NCBI GenBank assembly: GCA_030538675.1
Contig: JAUNTM010000002.1
Location: 4,824 to 68,823, forward strand
Direction of reading: 5' to 3'
Origin: Capnocytophaga sp.
Lineage (GTDB): Bacteria > Bacteroidota > Bacteroidia > Flavobacteriales > Flavobacteriaceae
Length of the DNA: 64,000 bases
Position numbers and translations under genes: made by a program. Position 1 is the first letter of the stretch, and each line of letters begins with the position of its first letter. This document shows, one piece after another, positions 31,098-39,836 of the stretch. The notes beneath the pieces were generated by a model. It searched no databases and was not told the origin of the DNA. It worked only from the letters and a program-made list of their open reading frames with translations.

Positions 31098-32627
31098 TTA
31101 GTTTTTTCTTTTTCGCCGGACGTCATATAAATCCAAACGGCGGTCTTTGAGCGTGCGGACACTTCCGAACTCGTGCAATTCTTTGAGTAAATCCATATCA
31201 ACATCTACAATGAGCGTCATTTCGGTATTGGGAGTAGCTTCGGCCTTGATGCCGTTGGTCGGGAAAGAAAAGTCAGATGGAGTAAATACGGCGGCTTGCC
31301 CGAATTGGATGTCCATATTGTGTACTTTTGGCAGATTGCCTACGCAACCTGTAATGGCGACATAGCATTCGTTTTCAATAGCTCTTGCTTGTGCACAGCG
31401 GCGTACTCGTGTATATCCGTTTTGGGTGTCGGTCAAAAAAGGGACGAATAGTATTTGCATCCCCTCATCAGCCATCAGCCGTGAGAGTTCGGGAAATTCT
31501 ACATCGTAGCATATTAAGATGCCGATACGTCCGCAATCGGTGTCAAAAGTTTTGATTTCGCTGCCGCCGCTCATTCCCCAATGGGTTACTTCATTGGGCG
31601 TAATATGTAGTTTTCGGTACATTTCCGAAGTGCCATCCCGTTTGCACAAAAAGCCTACGTTGTACAGCAAATTATCGGCAGTGTCCAAGTACGGAAGGCT
31701 TCCTGTAATGATGTTGATGTTGTACGAGATGGCAAATTCTTTGAACTTTTCATGAACAGGTTCGGCGTAGCGGGCGAGTTCTTTGATGGCATCGGCTTCT
31801 GAGAGATGGTTGAAATCTGCCATCAGCGGCGCGATGAATAGTTCGGGAAATAATGCAAAATCCGAACCGTAGCCCGACACGGCATCGATGAAAAACTCGG
31901 CTTGCTCGAACAGGGCATCCAAGTTGGATAGCGAACGCATTTGCCATTGGATAAGTCCCAGACGGATGGTGGACTTATTATTGTTGAATAGTTTTGGACT
32001 TTTTTCGTAATAAATGTTATTCCATTCCATCAGCACGGCGTAGTATGCCGATTCTACATCATCTTCCAGATAGTTGGTAATAACTCTCACTACGTGGAAA
32101 TCATTGCTTAGCTGAAACGATAATACGGGGTCGTAAATTTCTTTGCGTTGTACTTTTTGGATGTATTCTTTTGGAGAAAATTGGGAGGCATATTGGCTGT
32201 AATGAGGAATGCGCCCTGCAAATATAATTCCTTGCAGATTGAGTTTTTCGCACAATTCTTTACGCGCGTCATAGAGCCGGCGCCCGATACGAAGTCCCCG
32301 AAAGTCGGGGTGTACAAAGACTTCGATACCATACAGCACACTTCCCTCGTTGTGATGGCTTTTGAAGTTTTCGCCCACTACTTCAACATATGTGTGGTTC
32401 GATTCGGCAAATAATTGGGTTACTTTGACCGATAACGCACATCCCACCACTACGCCGTCTGCCAATATCACGAGTTGTCCTTCGGGGAATATCCGCAAGA
32501 GTTTCTTGATGTCCTTTTCATTCCAATACATGCCATACTGTCCGTACGATTCGGTCATCGCTTCGCGTAAGGCTTTGTAATCGTTGATTTTGAGATTCCG
32601 GAGTTCTATTTTTTGAATTTGACTCAT
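31098..32627 (-). CDS. Fused GNAT acetyltransferase / carbon-nitrogen hydrolase
   Basis: VHPDFRGLRIGRRLY acetyl-CoA motif, plus nitrilase triad motifs FPE, YRKLH, ICYD. Confidence 0.92.
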   Translation of the reverse strand: MSQIQKIELRNLKINDYKALREAMTESYGQYGMYWNEKDIKKLLRIFPEGQLVILADGVVVGCALSVKVTQLFAESNHTYVEVVGENFKSHHNEGSVLYGIEVFVHPDFRGLRIGRRLYDARKELCEKLNLQGIIFAGRIPHYSQYASQFSPKEYIQKVQRKEIYDPVLSFQLSNDFHVVRVITNYLEDDVESAYYAVLMEWNNIYYEKSPKLFNNNKSTIRLGLIQWQMRSLSNLDALFEQAEFFIDAVSGYGSDFALFPELFIAPLMADFNHLSEADAIKELARYAEPVHEKFKEFAISYNINIITGSLPYLDTADNLLYNVGFLCKRDGTSEMYRKLHITPNEVTHWGMSGGSEIKTFDTDCGRIGILICYDVEFPELSRLMADEGMQILFVPFLTDTQNGYTRVRRCAQARAIENECYVAITGCVGNLPKVHNMDIQFGQAAVFTPSDFSFPTNGIKAEATPNTEMTLIVDVDMDLLKELHEFGSVRTLKDRRLDLYDVRRKRKN

Positions 32628-32653
32628 GGGGTAGGGGTTAGGGTTCTTCTAAA

Positions 32654-33214
32654 TCACTTCCACCGCAAAGTTTCCATTAGTTTTTTTACGTCATTTTCCA
32701 AATAATGCGAAGCGGGCTGTATCGAATCATAATTGGGGACTGCCTTAAAATAGACCGAACCCGAGATAAAATGCTGTGTGCTATCGGTTGCGTAAAATTG
32801 GGCTTGTGAGGCAGCATTGCCGTACACTTGATAAAGCATACCATAGACTTTGGTACTGTCGTTCACGAAAGGAGTGGAAGCGATATTATCCGCTTTGACA
32901 GTATGCTCAAAGGTAAATTTTTGGGCGTCACGGAGCAGCGTTCGGATGTCGCCATGAACTTTTTTATATGACAAATAGAGGGTTGCTTTCATCGTTGGGT
33001 ATTCGATGTTGAGGTCGCAACTGTGTGGTCTTTCCGATAAGCGGGCTATGGTATTCATCTCGAAAGTAAAAGGGCAATGCCCGCTGGTGTGGCTTTCTGC
33101 GTATTGGGGTTGCGGATAGCTAAGCCTTAGTACAGCTTTGGGCTTCGGGAGCGTGTCACCACCACAACTGCTCATGATAATTCCTAAAAAAAAGATACAG
33201 TTACGATACCACAT
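32654..33214 (-). CDS. gldD: Gliding motility lipoprotein GldD
   Basis: MSSC lipobox, PKPKAVLRLSYP, GNAASQAQFYATDS..HF. Confidence 0.92.
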   Translation of the reverse strand: MWYRNCIFFLGIIMSSCGGDTLPKPKAVLRLSYPQPQYAESHTSGHCPFTFEMNTIARLSERPHSCDLNIEYPTMKATLYLSYKKVHGDIRTLLRDAQKFTFEHTVKADNIASTPFVNDSTKVYGMLYQVYGNAASQAQFYATDSTQHFISGSVYFKAVPNYDSIQPASHYLENDVKKLMETLRWK

Positions 33215-34541
33215 GGCGAACAGTTTTTATTTGTTTGATACGTTTTTTGTCAAAAGCTTCCACCGTAAAAGTGTAATTCTCGAAAGTAATCGGGACGTTT
33301 TTCTGCGGAAAAGCCCCCGCCGTTTCGAGTAAAAATCCAGCGAGGGTCTCGGCATCGCCTTTTGTATCTTCAAAGCGGTCTTCATCGGCATCGCTGACAT
33401 CCATAATCCGGTAGAAATCTTTCAACACCGTCTTTCCTTCAAAAATAAATGTATTTTCATCTAATTTTGAATATATCACGTCTTCGTCATCAAATTCATC
33501 ACTGATATCGCCTACGATTTCTTCGATAATATCTTCGAGGGTAATGATGCCGCAAGTGCCTCCATACTCGTCAACTACGATTGCCAAATGTATTTTTTTT
33601 TCTTGAAATTCGCTTAGCAAATCATCCAATTTTTTGTTTTCAGGAACGAAAAAAGCCTTACGTTTGACGCTAAGCCAATCGAAATCAACGCGGTCGATGT
33701 GGGGCAACAAATCCTTGATGTAGATAACACCCGTGATATTGTCCAAGTGTTCGCTGTAAACAGGCATACGCGAATATCCCATGCTTTTGATGCGTTCGAG
33801 AACTTCCGAAAACAGCAACAAATCGTTCAGGGCAAAGATGTCCACGCGAGGCACCATCACTTGGCGTATTTCGGTACTTCCGAAAGAAACGATACTTTCC
33901 AATATTTTCTTTTCTTCGTGGGTTGTATCTTCCGCAGAGGCCAATTCCAATGCTTGCGAAAGCTGTCCGACAGAAATATTAGATGATTTTTTGCCTAATT
34001 TTTTATGAAGCCACACAGTCATATTCCGCATCGGGACGCTCAATGGCGAAAAAATCACATCAAGTACATAAATAGGATACACAATACGCGAGGCAAAAGC
34101 CAAATTGTTACGATTTGCGTATATTTTCGGTAGAATTTCGCCGAATAACAAGATGAAAAAAGTAACTACCCCTATGTCCATCACGCTTCGAAGGCTCACC
34201 AAATCAAAAATGCGGTAGTTGCCAAAACCTGAAAACAGAAATTCGCCCAAATCAACAAACACCAACACAATAGAAATATTGATTAAATTATTGGCTATCA
34301 ATACGGTAGCAAGGAGTTTTTTGGGGCGGGAAAGCAAGCGTACTATCAGCTGTTGCGTGGGCGAATCACTATCGCGAGCTGTATTGATTTCAGTTGAAGA
34401 AAGTGAAAAAAGTGCCACTTCAGCACCCGATATGAGTGCAGAGCATGCCAAAAGCACGAAAAATATGGCAAATTGTACCAACAACGTGGCGTCCGTCATC
34501 AGTAAAGGCAAAAATAATAAACTCGGGGGCTCCGTGTCCAA
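33201..34541 (-). CDS. gldE: GldE (CNNM/CBS/CorC hemolysin-type protein)
   Basis: [19 protein letters not shown] pair, VVDEYGG. Lies next to gldD. Confidence 0.92.
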   Translation of the reverse strand: MDTEPPSLLFLPLLMTDATLLVQFAIFFVLLACSALISGAEVALFSLSSTEINTARDSDSPTQQLIVRLLSRPKKLLATVLIANNLINISIVLVFVDLGEFLFSGFGNYRIFDLVSLRSVMDIGVVTFFILLFGEILPKIYANRNNLAFASRIVYPIYVLDVIFSPLSVPMRNMTVWLHKKLGKKSSNISVGQLSQALELASAEDTTHEEKKILESIVSFGSTEIRQVMVPRVDIFALNDLLLFSEVLERIKSMGYSRMPVYSEHLDNITGVIYIKDLLPHIDRVDFDWLSVKRKAFFVPENKKLDDLLSEFQEKKIHLAIVVDEYGGTCGIITLEDIIEEIVGDISDEFDDEDVIYSKLDENTFIFEGKTVLKDFYRIMDVSDADEDRFEDTKGDAETLAGFLLETAGAFPQKNVPITFENYTFTVEAFDKKRIKQIKTVRHVVS

Positions 34542-34565
34542 AATAATAGATTTAGTTAAACAATA

Positions 34566-34973
34566 TTAAAAAGGAAATTTTTTATCCTCTAAATTTTCGT
34601 CAGATTTGTTGTTTTCCGAAGGTGGTGAAGGGTCTTTTTTATTTTGCAAAAACGTAAAATCCGAAACGTGAACTTCAACCGTATAACGAGTAATTCCCTC
34701 ATTATCTTGCCATTGGCGAGGTTTGAGCTTTCCTTCTACATAGATACGGTCGCCTTTGGAAGCATATTTTTCGATGACTTCTGCAGCCTTGTTGCGTACC
34801 ACAATGGTATGCCAGTCGGTGTTGGTAACTTTTTCATTGGTGGCTTTATTCGTATATACATCGTCCGTTGCCAATGAAAAGCGTCCCACACAGTTACCGT
34901 TGTCAAAATAAGTGAGCTTTATGTCTTCCCCCATTCTACCGATGAGCATTACTTTATTCAGTGTCCCGTTCAT
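34566..34973 (-). CDS. ssb: Single-stranded DNA-binding protein
   Basis: LNKVMLIGR, TDWH, C-terminal PF. Start MNGTLN at 34973, with TATCTTTG at 34993-35000. Confidence 0.93.
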   Translation of the reverse strand: MNGTLNKVMLIGRMGEDIKLTYFDNGNCVGRFSLATDDVYTNKATNEKVTNTDWHTIVVRNKAAEVIEKYASKGDRIYVEGKLKPRQWQDNEGITRYTVEVHVSDFTFLQNKKDPSPPSENNKSDENLEDKKFPF

Positions 34974-35013
34974 AATGATATATGATTTTTTCCAAAGATA
35001 TATAAAAAAATGA

Positions 35014-36066
35014 TTATCCACCAAATTCATTCCAAAAATTAGCAATTACAACAGGCATCGGATATTTTTTAAGATGCTCTTTGTCAATGCTTCCAGCGAT
35101 AGTATCCGGGGTGTGTACAATCCAAAACTGGCACTGCAAATGCTGATGTGATAGCTTGTGAATCAGCGGTTTGTGGTAAAATTTATCAATGCTCTGATAG
35201 CGGATATTTCGCTGGTCAAGCCAATTTTTGACATCCTTGAGGCTTCCTGTCCGGGCAGTTTCGCACAGAGGAGGTTCGTATAAACCTTGCCAAATATCTT
35301 TTTCCACACGTTTTCTCAAAATCGTATTTCCTTGATTATCAATCAATACGGCATAATTAAAATACCGCTTGCGAATGCTGTTTTTCTTTAGCTTGACAGG
35401 AAGTAATTCTATTTTATTTTCAGCCAACGCACTGCATTTGTCATTCATCACACACTGCTCACAATCAGGCGACTGTGGTTTGCATTGCAAGGCACCAAAT
35501 TCCATAAGCGCTTGGTTGTACGTGCCGGGCTGTGCTTTGTCGAGCAGTAATTCAGCCAATTGCTTGAAGCGAGCCGTGCCTTCGGTGGTGTTAATGGGAA
35601 CATCAATCCCGAACACCCGGGCAAGCACTCTGAAAACGTTTCCGTCCACAACAGCACGAGCCTCGTCAAAACAAATAGAAGCAATGGCACTCGCCGTGTA
35701 ATCGCCTATTCCTTTGAGAGTTATGAGTTCATCATAGGTTTCAGGAAACGAACCTCTGTGTTGGCAGGCAATTATTTTAGCGGTGGCGTGTAAGTTTTTG
35801 GCTCTTGAATAATAGCCCAAACCCTGCCAAAGCTTCATCACGGTCTCTTCATCGGCATCCGCCAAATGCTTTACTGTAGGAAACGCTTCGAGCATTCGTT
35901 TGTAATACGGAAGACCCTGGGCCACGCGGGTTTGCTGGAGAATAATCTCCGAAAGCCATACGTTATACGGCTCGGAATGTTCCCGCCACGGCAAATCGCG
36001 CTTGTTCGCACCATACCAGGCGATAAGCCTTTCGGAAAAAAAAGAATACGTTTCGGAAAACTCCAA
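35014..36066 (-). CDS. mutY: A/G-specific adenine glycosylase
   Basis: RDLPWR, WLSEIILQQT, WQGLGYYSRA, VDGNV, Fe-S cysteines. Confidence 0.96.
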   Translation of the reverse strand: MEFSETYSFFSERLIAWYGANKRDLPWREHSEPYNVWLSEIILQQTRVAQGLPYYKRMLEAFPTVKHLADADEETVMKLWQGLGYYSRAKNLHATAKIIACQHRGSFPETYDELITLKGIGDYTASAIASICFDEARAVVDGNVFRVLARVFGIDVPINTTEGTARFKQLAELLLDKAQPGTYNQALMEFGALQCKPQSPDCEQCVMNDKCSALAENKIELLPVKLKKNSIRKRYFNYAVLIDNQGNTILRKRVEKDIWQGLYEPPLCETARTGSLKDVKNWLDQRNIRYQSIDKFYHKPLIHKLSHQHLQCQFWIVHTPDTIAGSIDKEHLKKYPMPVVIANFWNEFGG

Positions 36067-36079
36067 TGATACGGATAGG

Positions 36080-36277
36080 TTAATTTTCTTTCTTTTCGTC
36101 TATTTTTTTCGTGTCTTTTGAATCTTCTTTGGAGGCATCTTTGAATTCCTTGATGCCGCTACCGAGCCCGCGCATCAGTTCAGGGATTTTTTTCCCACCA
36201 AAAAGAAGTAGTACCACAATCACAATAATTATGATTTGCGGTGTGCCAATCATTAGAAATATGTTTGCTGTTGTCAT
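36080..36277 (-). CDS. tatA: Twin-arginine translocase TatA/E
   Basis: [23 protein letters not shown]. Start uncertain (36253-36286). TATATTTG at 36301-36308. Confidence 0.93.
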   Translation of the reverse strand: MTTANIFLMIGTPQIIIIVIVVLLLFGGKKIPELMRGLGSGIKEFKDASKEDSKDTKKIDEKKEN

Positions 36278-36389
36278 TGTCATCATTTGATTTATTTTGG
36301 CAAATATACAAATAAATATGTATGAACGAATGTTTTGATTTGGACAAATTAGGTTGTAATTGCTCAAATGACAACTATGGGGCTGTCGA

Positions 36390-37589
36390 TTATGTTTTTT
36401 TCGCTATTTTTTGTTTATTATTGCGTCCCCACCAAACTAAAAATCCTGTAACAGGAAGTGAAGCACAAATTAGGGAAACGATAAAGGCAATGATTTTACC
36501 AAAGAGCCCCAGAATAGCACCTACGTGGATATCATAGTTGGCGGAAATAACTTTTTCTCCGAAATTTTTTTCTGAATGCGGACGGTTATAGAGTACTTCG
36601 CCTGTATTTTCATCAAAATGAATTTCGTTATTGATGTAATACGAGCCTTTGTTCTGTGCGACATAAACCGAGAAGGTTGGGTGTTCGTGTTCGTCAAGGT
36701 GTTCGTGTCCTAAATCAATGCTGTAACCATACGCTTTTGGATAGAGAGTTTCAACGGTTTCACTAATGCGGTCGAGCCTGTTTTCAACCCGTAAACTGTC
36801 GGGCGAAGTCGTCCGATATACCGACATATCAGGGTATTGGGTTTGCCCTGCTGAAAAGATAAAATAAATCACCGCCGGAATGAACCGAAACGCATAAAAA
36901 GCGCCTGTTATAGCAATTATTAGGGCAAAAATAGAGCTGTAAAATCCTAAAATGCTGTGCAAATCGTAGTTTTTGCGTTTCCATTTTTTGATGTTTTTCC
37001 ACTGAAACCAAAAACGTTGCCGTGCCATATTCCTATTTTTAGGCCACCACAAAATGATTCCGGTAACGAGCATCACGATGAAAGACAGCGTAGCAATGCC
37101 TACCACCCAAGAACCTATGGGGCGCGACAGCAGTAATGAGAAATGAATGGCTAAGACAATACCGAAAAAACCGTTTTTCTCATCATACACACCTACTATT
37201 TCGCCCGTAAACGGATTGATGTAAACGGACTTGTAGATGATAAATTCGTCAAAATAATGCCACGAAGATTCAGGATTACGCTCGTAGTAATAGAAGCGGT
37301 ACGATTCGTTTTTATCAATTGGGATAGAAACCCAATGTACCGGATACTTCTCTTTTGTGTAAGCGTTGACTTTTTCTTCCAAAACCAAAAGCGGTAAGGT
37401 TTTCTTTGTTTCGGGATTGGGTTCTCCGTGATAAATAGCGCTCTGCCGACTGATGTTTTGTATTTCGTCTTTGAAAACATACAACGCACCGGTAATCCCT
37501 TCTATGAACACGATGACACCTATGGTAAGACCTAACCAAAGATGCAGTTTGCCTGTTATTTTTTTGAATAATTTCTTTTTTTTAAACAT
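36390..37589 (-). CDS. PepSY-associated TM domain protein (iron-uptake associated)
   Basis: [33 protein letters not shown]. Confidence 0.92.
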   Translation of the reverse strand: MFKKKKLFKKITGKLHLWLGLTIGVIVFIEGITGALYVFKDEIQNISRQSAIYHGEPNPETKKTLPLLVLEEKVNAYTKEKYPVHWVSIPIDKNESYRFYYYERNPESSWHYFDEFIIYKSVYINPFTGEIVGVYDEKNGFFGIVLAIHFSLLLSRPIGSWVVGIATLSFIVMLVTGIILWWPKNRNMARQRFWFQWKNIKKWKRKNYDLHSILGFYSSIFALIIAITGAFYAFRFIPAVIYFIFSAGQTQYPDMSVYRTTSPDSLRVENRLDRISETVETLYPKAYGYSIDLGHEHLDEHEHPTFSVYVAQNKGSYYINNEIHFDENTGEVLYNRPHSEKNFGEKVISANYDIHVGAILGLFGKIIAFIVSLICASLPVTGFLVWWGRNNKQKIAKKT

Positions 37590-37606
37590 AGATGTGTTGT
37601 TAGATA

Positions 37607-37640
37607 TAACAACTTCCCTTAGCAAGAAGGAAAGTTGTTA
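37607..37640 (-). terminator. Intergenic stem-loop between the receptor and PepSY genes
   Basis: TAACAACTT...AAGTTGTTA with no clear U tail. May be an mRNA-stabilising hairpin or partial terminator. Confidence 0.55.
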
Positions 37641-37655
37641 AAAGTCTTGTTTCTT

Positions 37656-39770
37656 TTAAAATTTATACGCTACGCTCAGTCGCCAGTTGCGGGGAGCTTC
37701 TGCTTGATAATAATAGTAGCTGTTATAGGGGCTTCCGCTGTACAAATATTCGTCGAACATATTATAAATATTGAGCACTACATGTAACTTTTCGTTGCTC
37801 CAGAATATACCTCCGTCTACTTTTTTGTAATCGTCCATTTTTTGTTGTCCCGAGCCGTTCCAGTTCCACGAGCTTCGGTCGCCGAGAAAAGTACCGCCCA
37901 AAGACAAACCGGCACCTCTTAGTTTTCCGTCAAGAAATTCATAACTGATCCATGTATTTGCCGTATGTTTTGCGTATCCTGCTATCCGGTCGCCTACATT
38001 TATGTTGGGAGTGTTGGATTTTGTAATGGTATTCTCTGTAAAAGCGTAATTTAGTATGACACGTAATGAAGCTGTTATTTGCCCTTTCACATCCAGTTCA
38101 ACACCTTTTGCCTTTGATTGCCCCATTACGATGGAGTACGCTTCCCCGGCTGCGTTTGCCGGATCGGTAGTGAGTTGGTTGTTTTTCTCGATTTGGTATA
38201 CAGAAGCAGTGGCGTTCCATCGTTTGTTGAAAAAATCTTTTTTCATTCCGATTTCCATATTGTTACCCGTGATGGGTTTTATGTTTCCGCCATTGCGTAA
38301 AATTCCCGCTTGAGGTACGAATGCTTGGTCAAATAATGAATATACAGAAGTATTTTCGTCAAAAAGGAAACTCAACCCTATACGCGGCGTCCATCGGCTG
38401 GCTTTGGAAACCCTACCGTAGTTGTCGTTAGCGGCATCGGTGTATCGGGTCGCCAAAGTCAGGCGTAGTTGATTGTTGAAAAAACCCAATTCGTCTTGAA
38501 AATAAAGCCCTGTATATCGTTGTTGTATACGCGATGCACCCGGGCGTTCTTCCAGCGGTGTGGAACGATTGAACTCGGGATATCCGTTTGAAGGAGCTTG
38601 ATAAGCCGTTACTGTTAGGTCAAAAGGAGCAGCGGCAGTGTCCAAATCGTGGGCTTGCGACCAGTCTGCCACATAATTTTTCAGCCCCGCATCAAGTCCT
38701 GTGAGTATGGTATGGCTTATTTTTCCCGTTTGAAATTTTCCGTTAAGGAATACTTGTGCAAATTTCATTTTATTGACGGCATCGAAAATACTTACGTAAC
38801 GCACCAGTGATGTGGCAGTAGGAGTCCCTTTGATCCAAAGAGAACTGCCTTCGGTTATATTTTCGAAATAGGATAACTGTGATGTCAACTTCCAATCATC
38901 GCTGAAACGATGCTGTAAGTTTACGTTTAGAGTGTGGTCGTCCATTTTGCTCGGTTCAAGTTTTGGATCGCCTAATGAAAACTCTCTGGGGAACGTTTTA
39001 TATCCTTCCGTACTGAAGACGTAGGCGGTTCCTATGTTTGCCATTTTCACTTTTTGGTATATGTACTGTGCTGTCAGCGTTGTTTTTTCGTCAAGTTCAT
39101 AGCGTAATGATGGCGCAGCGATGTAACGGTTGTTATAATCGTAATTGCGGAACGAATTACCTTCCTGCCCCATCAAGTTTATGCGAAACGACAGTTTTCC
39201 GGTAATTTTGGAGTCAATATCGGCTTCACCTCTGTAAAGGTCAAAACTTCCGGTAGTGAAGCGTACCGACCCATTAGTATCCCTGCCTGTAGGTTGCTTC
39301 AAAACTATATTGTAAATACCGCTCGGCTCGCCGTTTGCCATCATAAATCCGGCAGGACCTTTTACGAACTCTACCCGCTCTACATAACTCATGTCTTCGG
39401 TTAAAGGCCCCCAAGTGGTCGTAACATTCACACCGTTGAGGAATGCGGCCGCGCGGCTTCCCCTCATATTTACCCGTGCATACGAATCCCCCCAATGCTC
39501 TAAGCGCGTAGCACCGCTTACGTTGCGTAAAAGACCATCACTGAGGCTAAGAACAATCTGGGCATCAAGGTCTTCTCTGATAATTTCTTGTATGTTTTGA
39601 GGAATAGCAATGAGCGGTGTCTGCAATCGGAGTGATGATGACACATTCTCAGTTACTTTAGCTTTTTTCGAAGCTTTCACTTCAACCCCTTCAAGTTTTA
39701 TAGGTTCATCTTGGGCATATATTCCTAAAGAACTCCCCAAGGCAAGTAAAATTAAAAGTTTGGTTTTCAT
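37656..39770 (-). CDS. TonB-dependent siderophore-type receptor
   Basis: Signal peptide, IPQNI plug, VERVEFVKGPA, APRNWRLSVAYKF C-terminus. Confidence 0.93.
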   Translation of the reverse strand: MKTKLLILLALGSSLGIYAQDEPIKLEGVEVKASKKAKVTENVSSSLRLQTPLIAIPQNIQEIIREDLDAQIVLSLSDGLLRNVSGATRLEHWGDSYARVNMRGSRAAAFLNGVNVTTTWGPLTEDMSYVERVEFVKGPAGFMMANGEPSGIYNIVLKQPTGRDTNGSVRFTTGSFDLYRGEADIDSKITGKLSFRINLMGQEGNSFRNYDYNNRYIAAPSLRYELDEKTTLTAQYIYQKVKMANIGTAYVFSTEGYKTFPREFSLGDPKLEPSKMDDHTLNVNLQHRFSDDWKLTSQLSYFENITEGSSLWIKGTPTATSLVRYVSIFDAVNKMKFAQVFLNGKFQTGKISHTILTGLDAGLKNYVADWSQAHDLDTAAAPFDLTVTAYQAPSNGYPEFNRSTPLEERPGASRIQQRYTGLYFQDELGFFNNQLRLTLATRYTDAANDNYGRVSKASRWTPRIGLSFLFDENTSVYSLFDQAFVPQAGILRNGGNIKPITGNNMEIGMKKDFFNKRWNATASVYQIEKNNQLTTDPANAAGEAYSIVMGQSKAKGVELDVKGQITASLRVILNYAFTENTITKSNTPNINVGDRIAGYAKHTANTWISYEFLDGKLRGAGLSLGGTFLGDRSSWNWNGSGQQKMDDYKKVDGGIFWSNEKLHVVLNIYNMFDEYLYSGSPYNSYYYYQAEAPRNWRLSVAYKF

Positions 39771-39792
39771 GGTATAAAATTTATTTAGACGG

Positions 39793-39828
39793 CAAATATA
39801 AAAAATTATTTATATCTAATCTAAATAA
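39793..39828 (-). promoter_or_regulatory. -7 element (39793-39800) with an adjacent palindromic operator TTATTTAtA-N5-TCTAAATAA (39806-39828), putative iron box
   Basis: Near-perfect inverted repeat just upstream of TATATTTG. Extra half-site TTATTTAGA at 39781-39789. Confidence 0.65.
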
Positions 39829-39836
39829 ATTTTATT

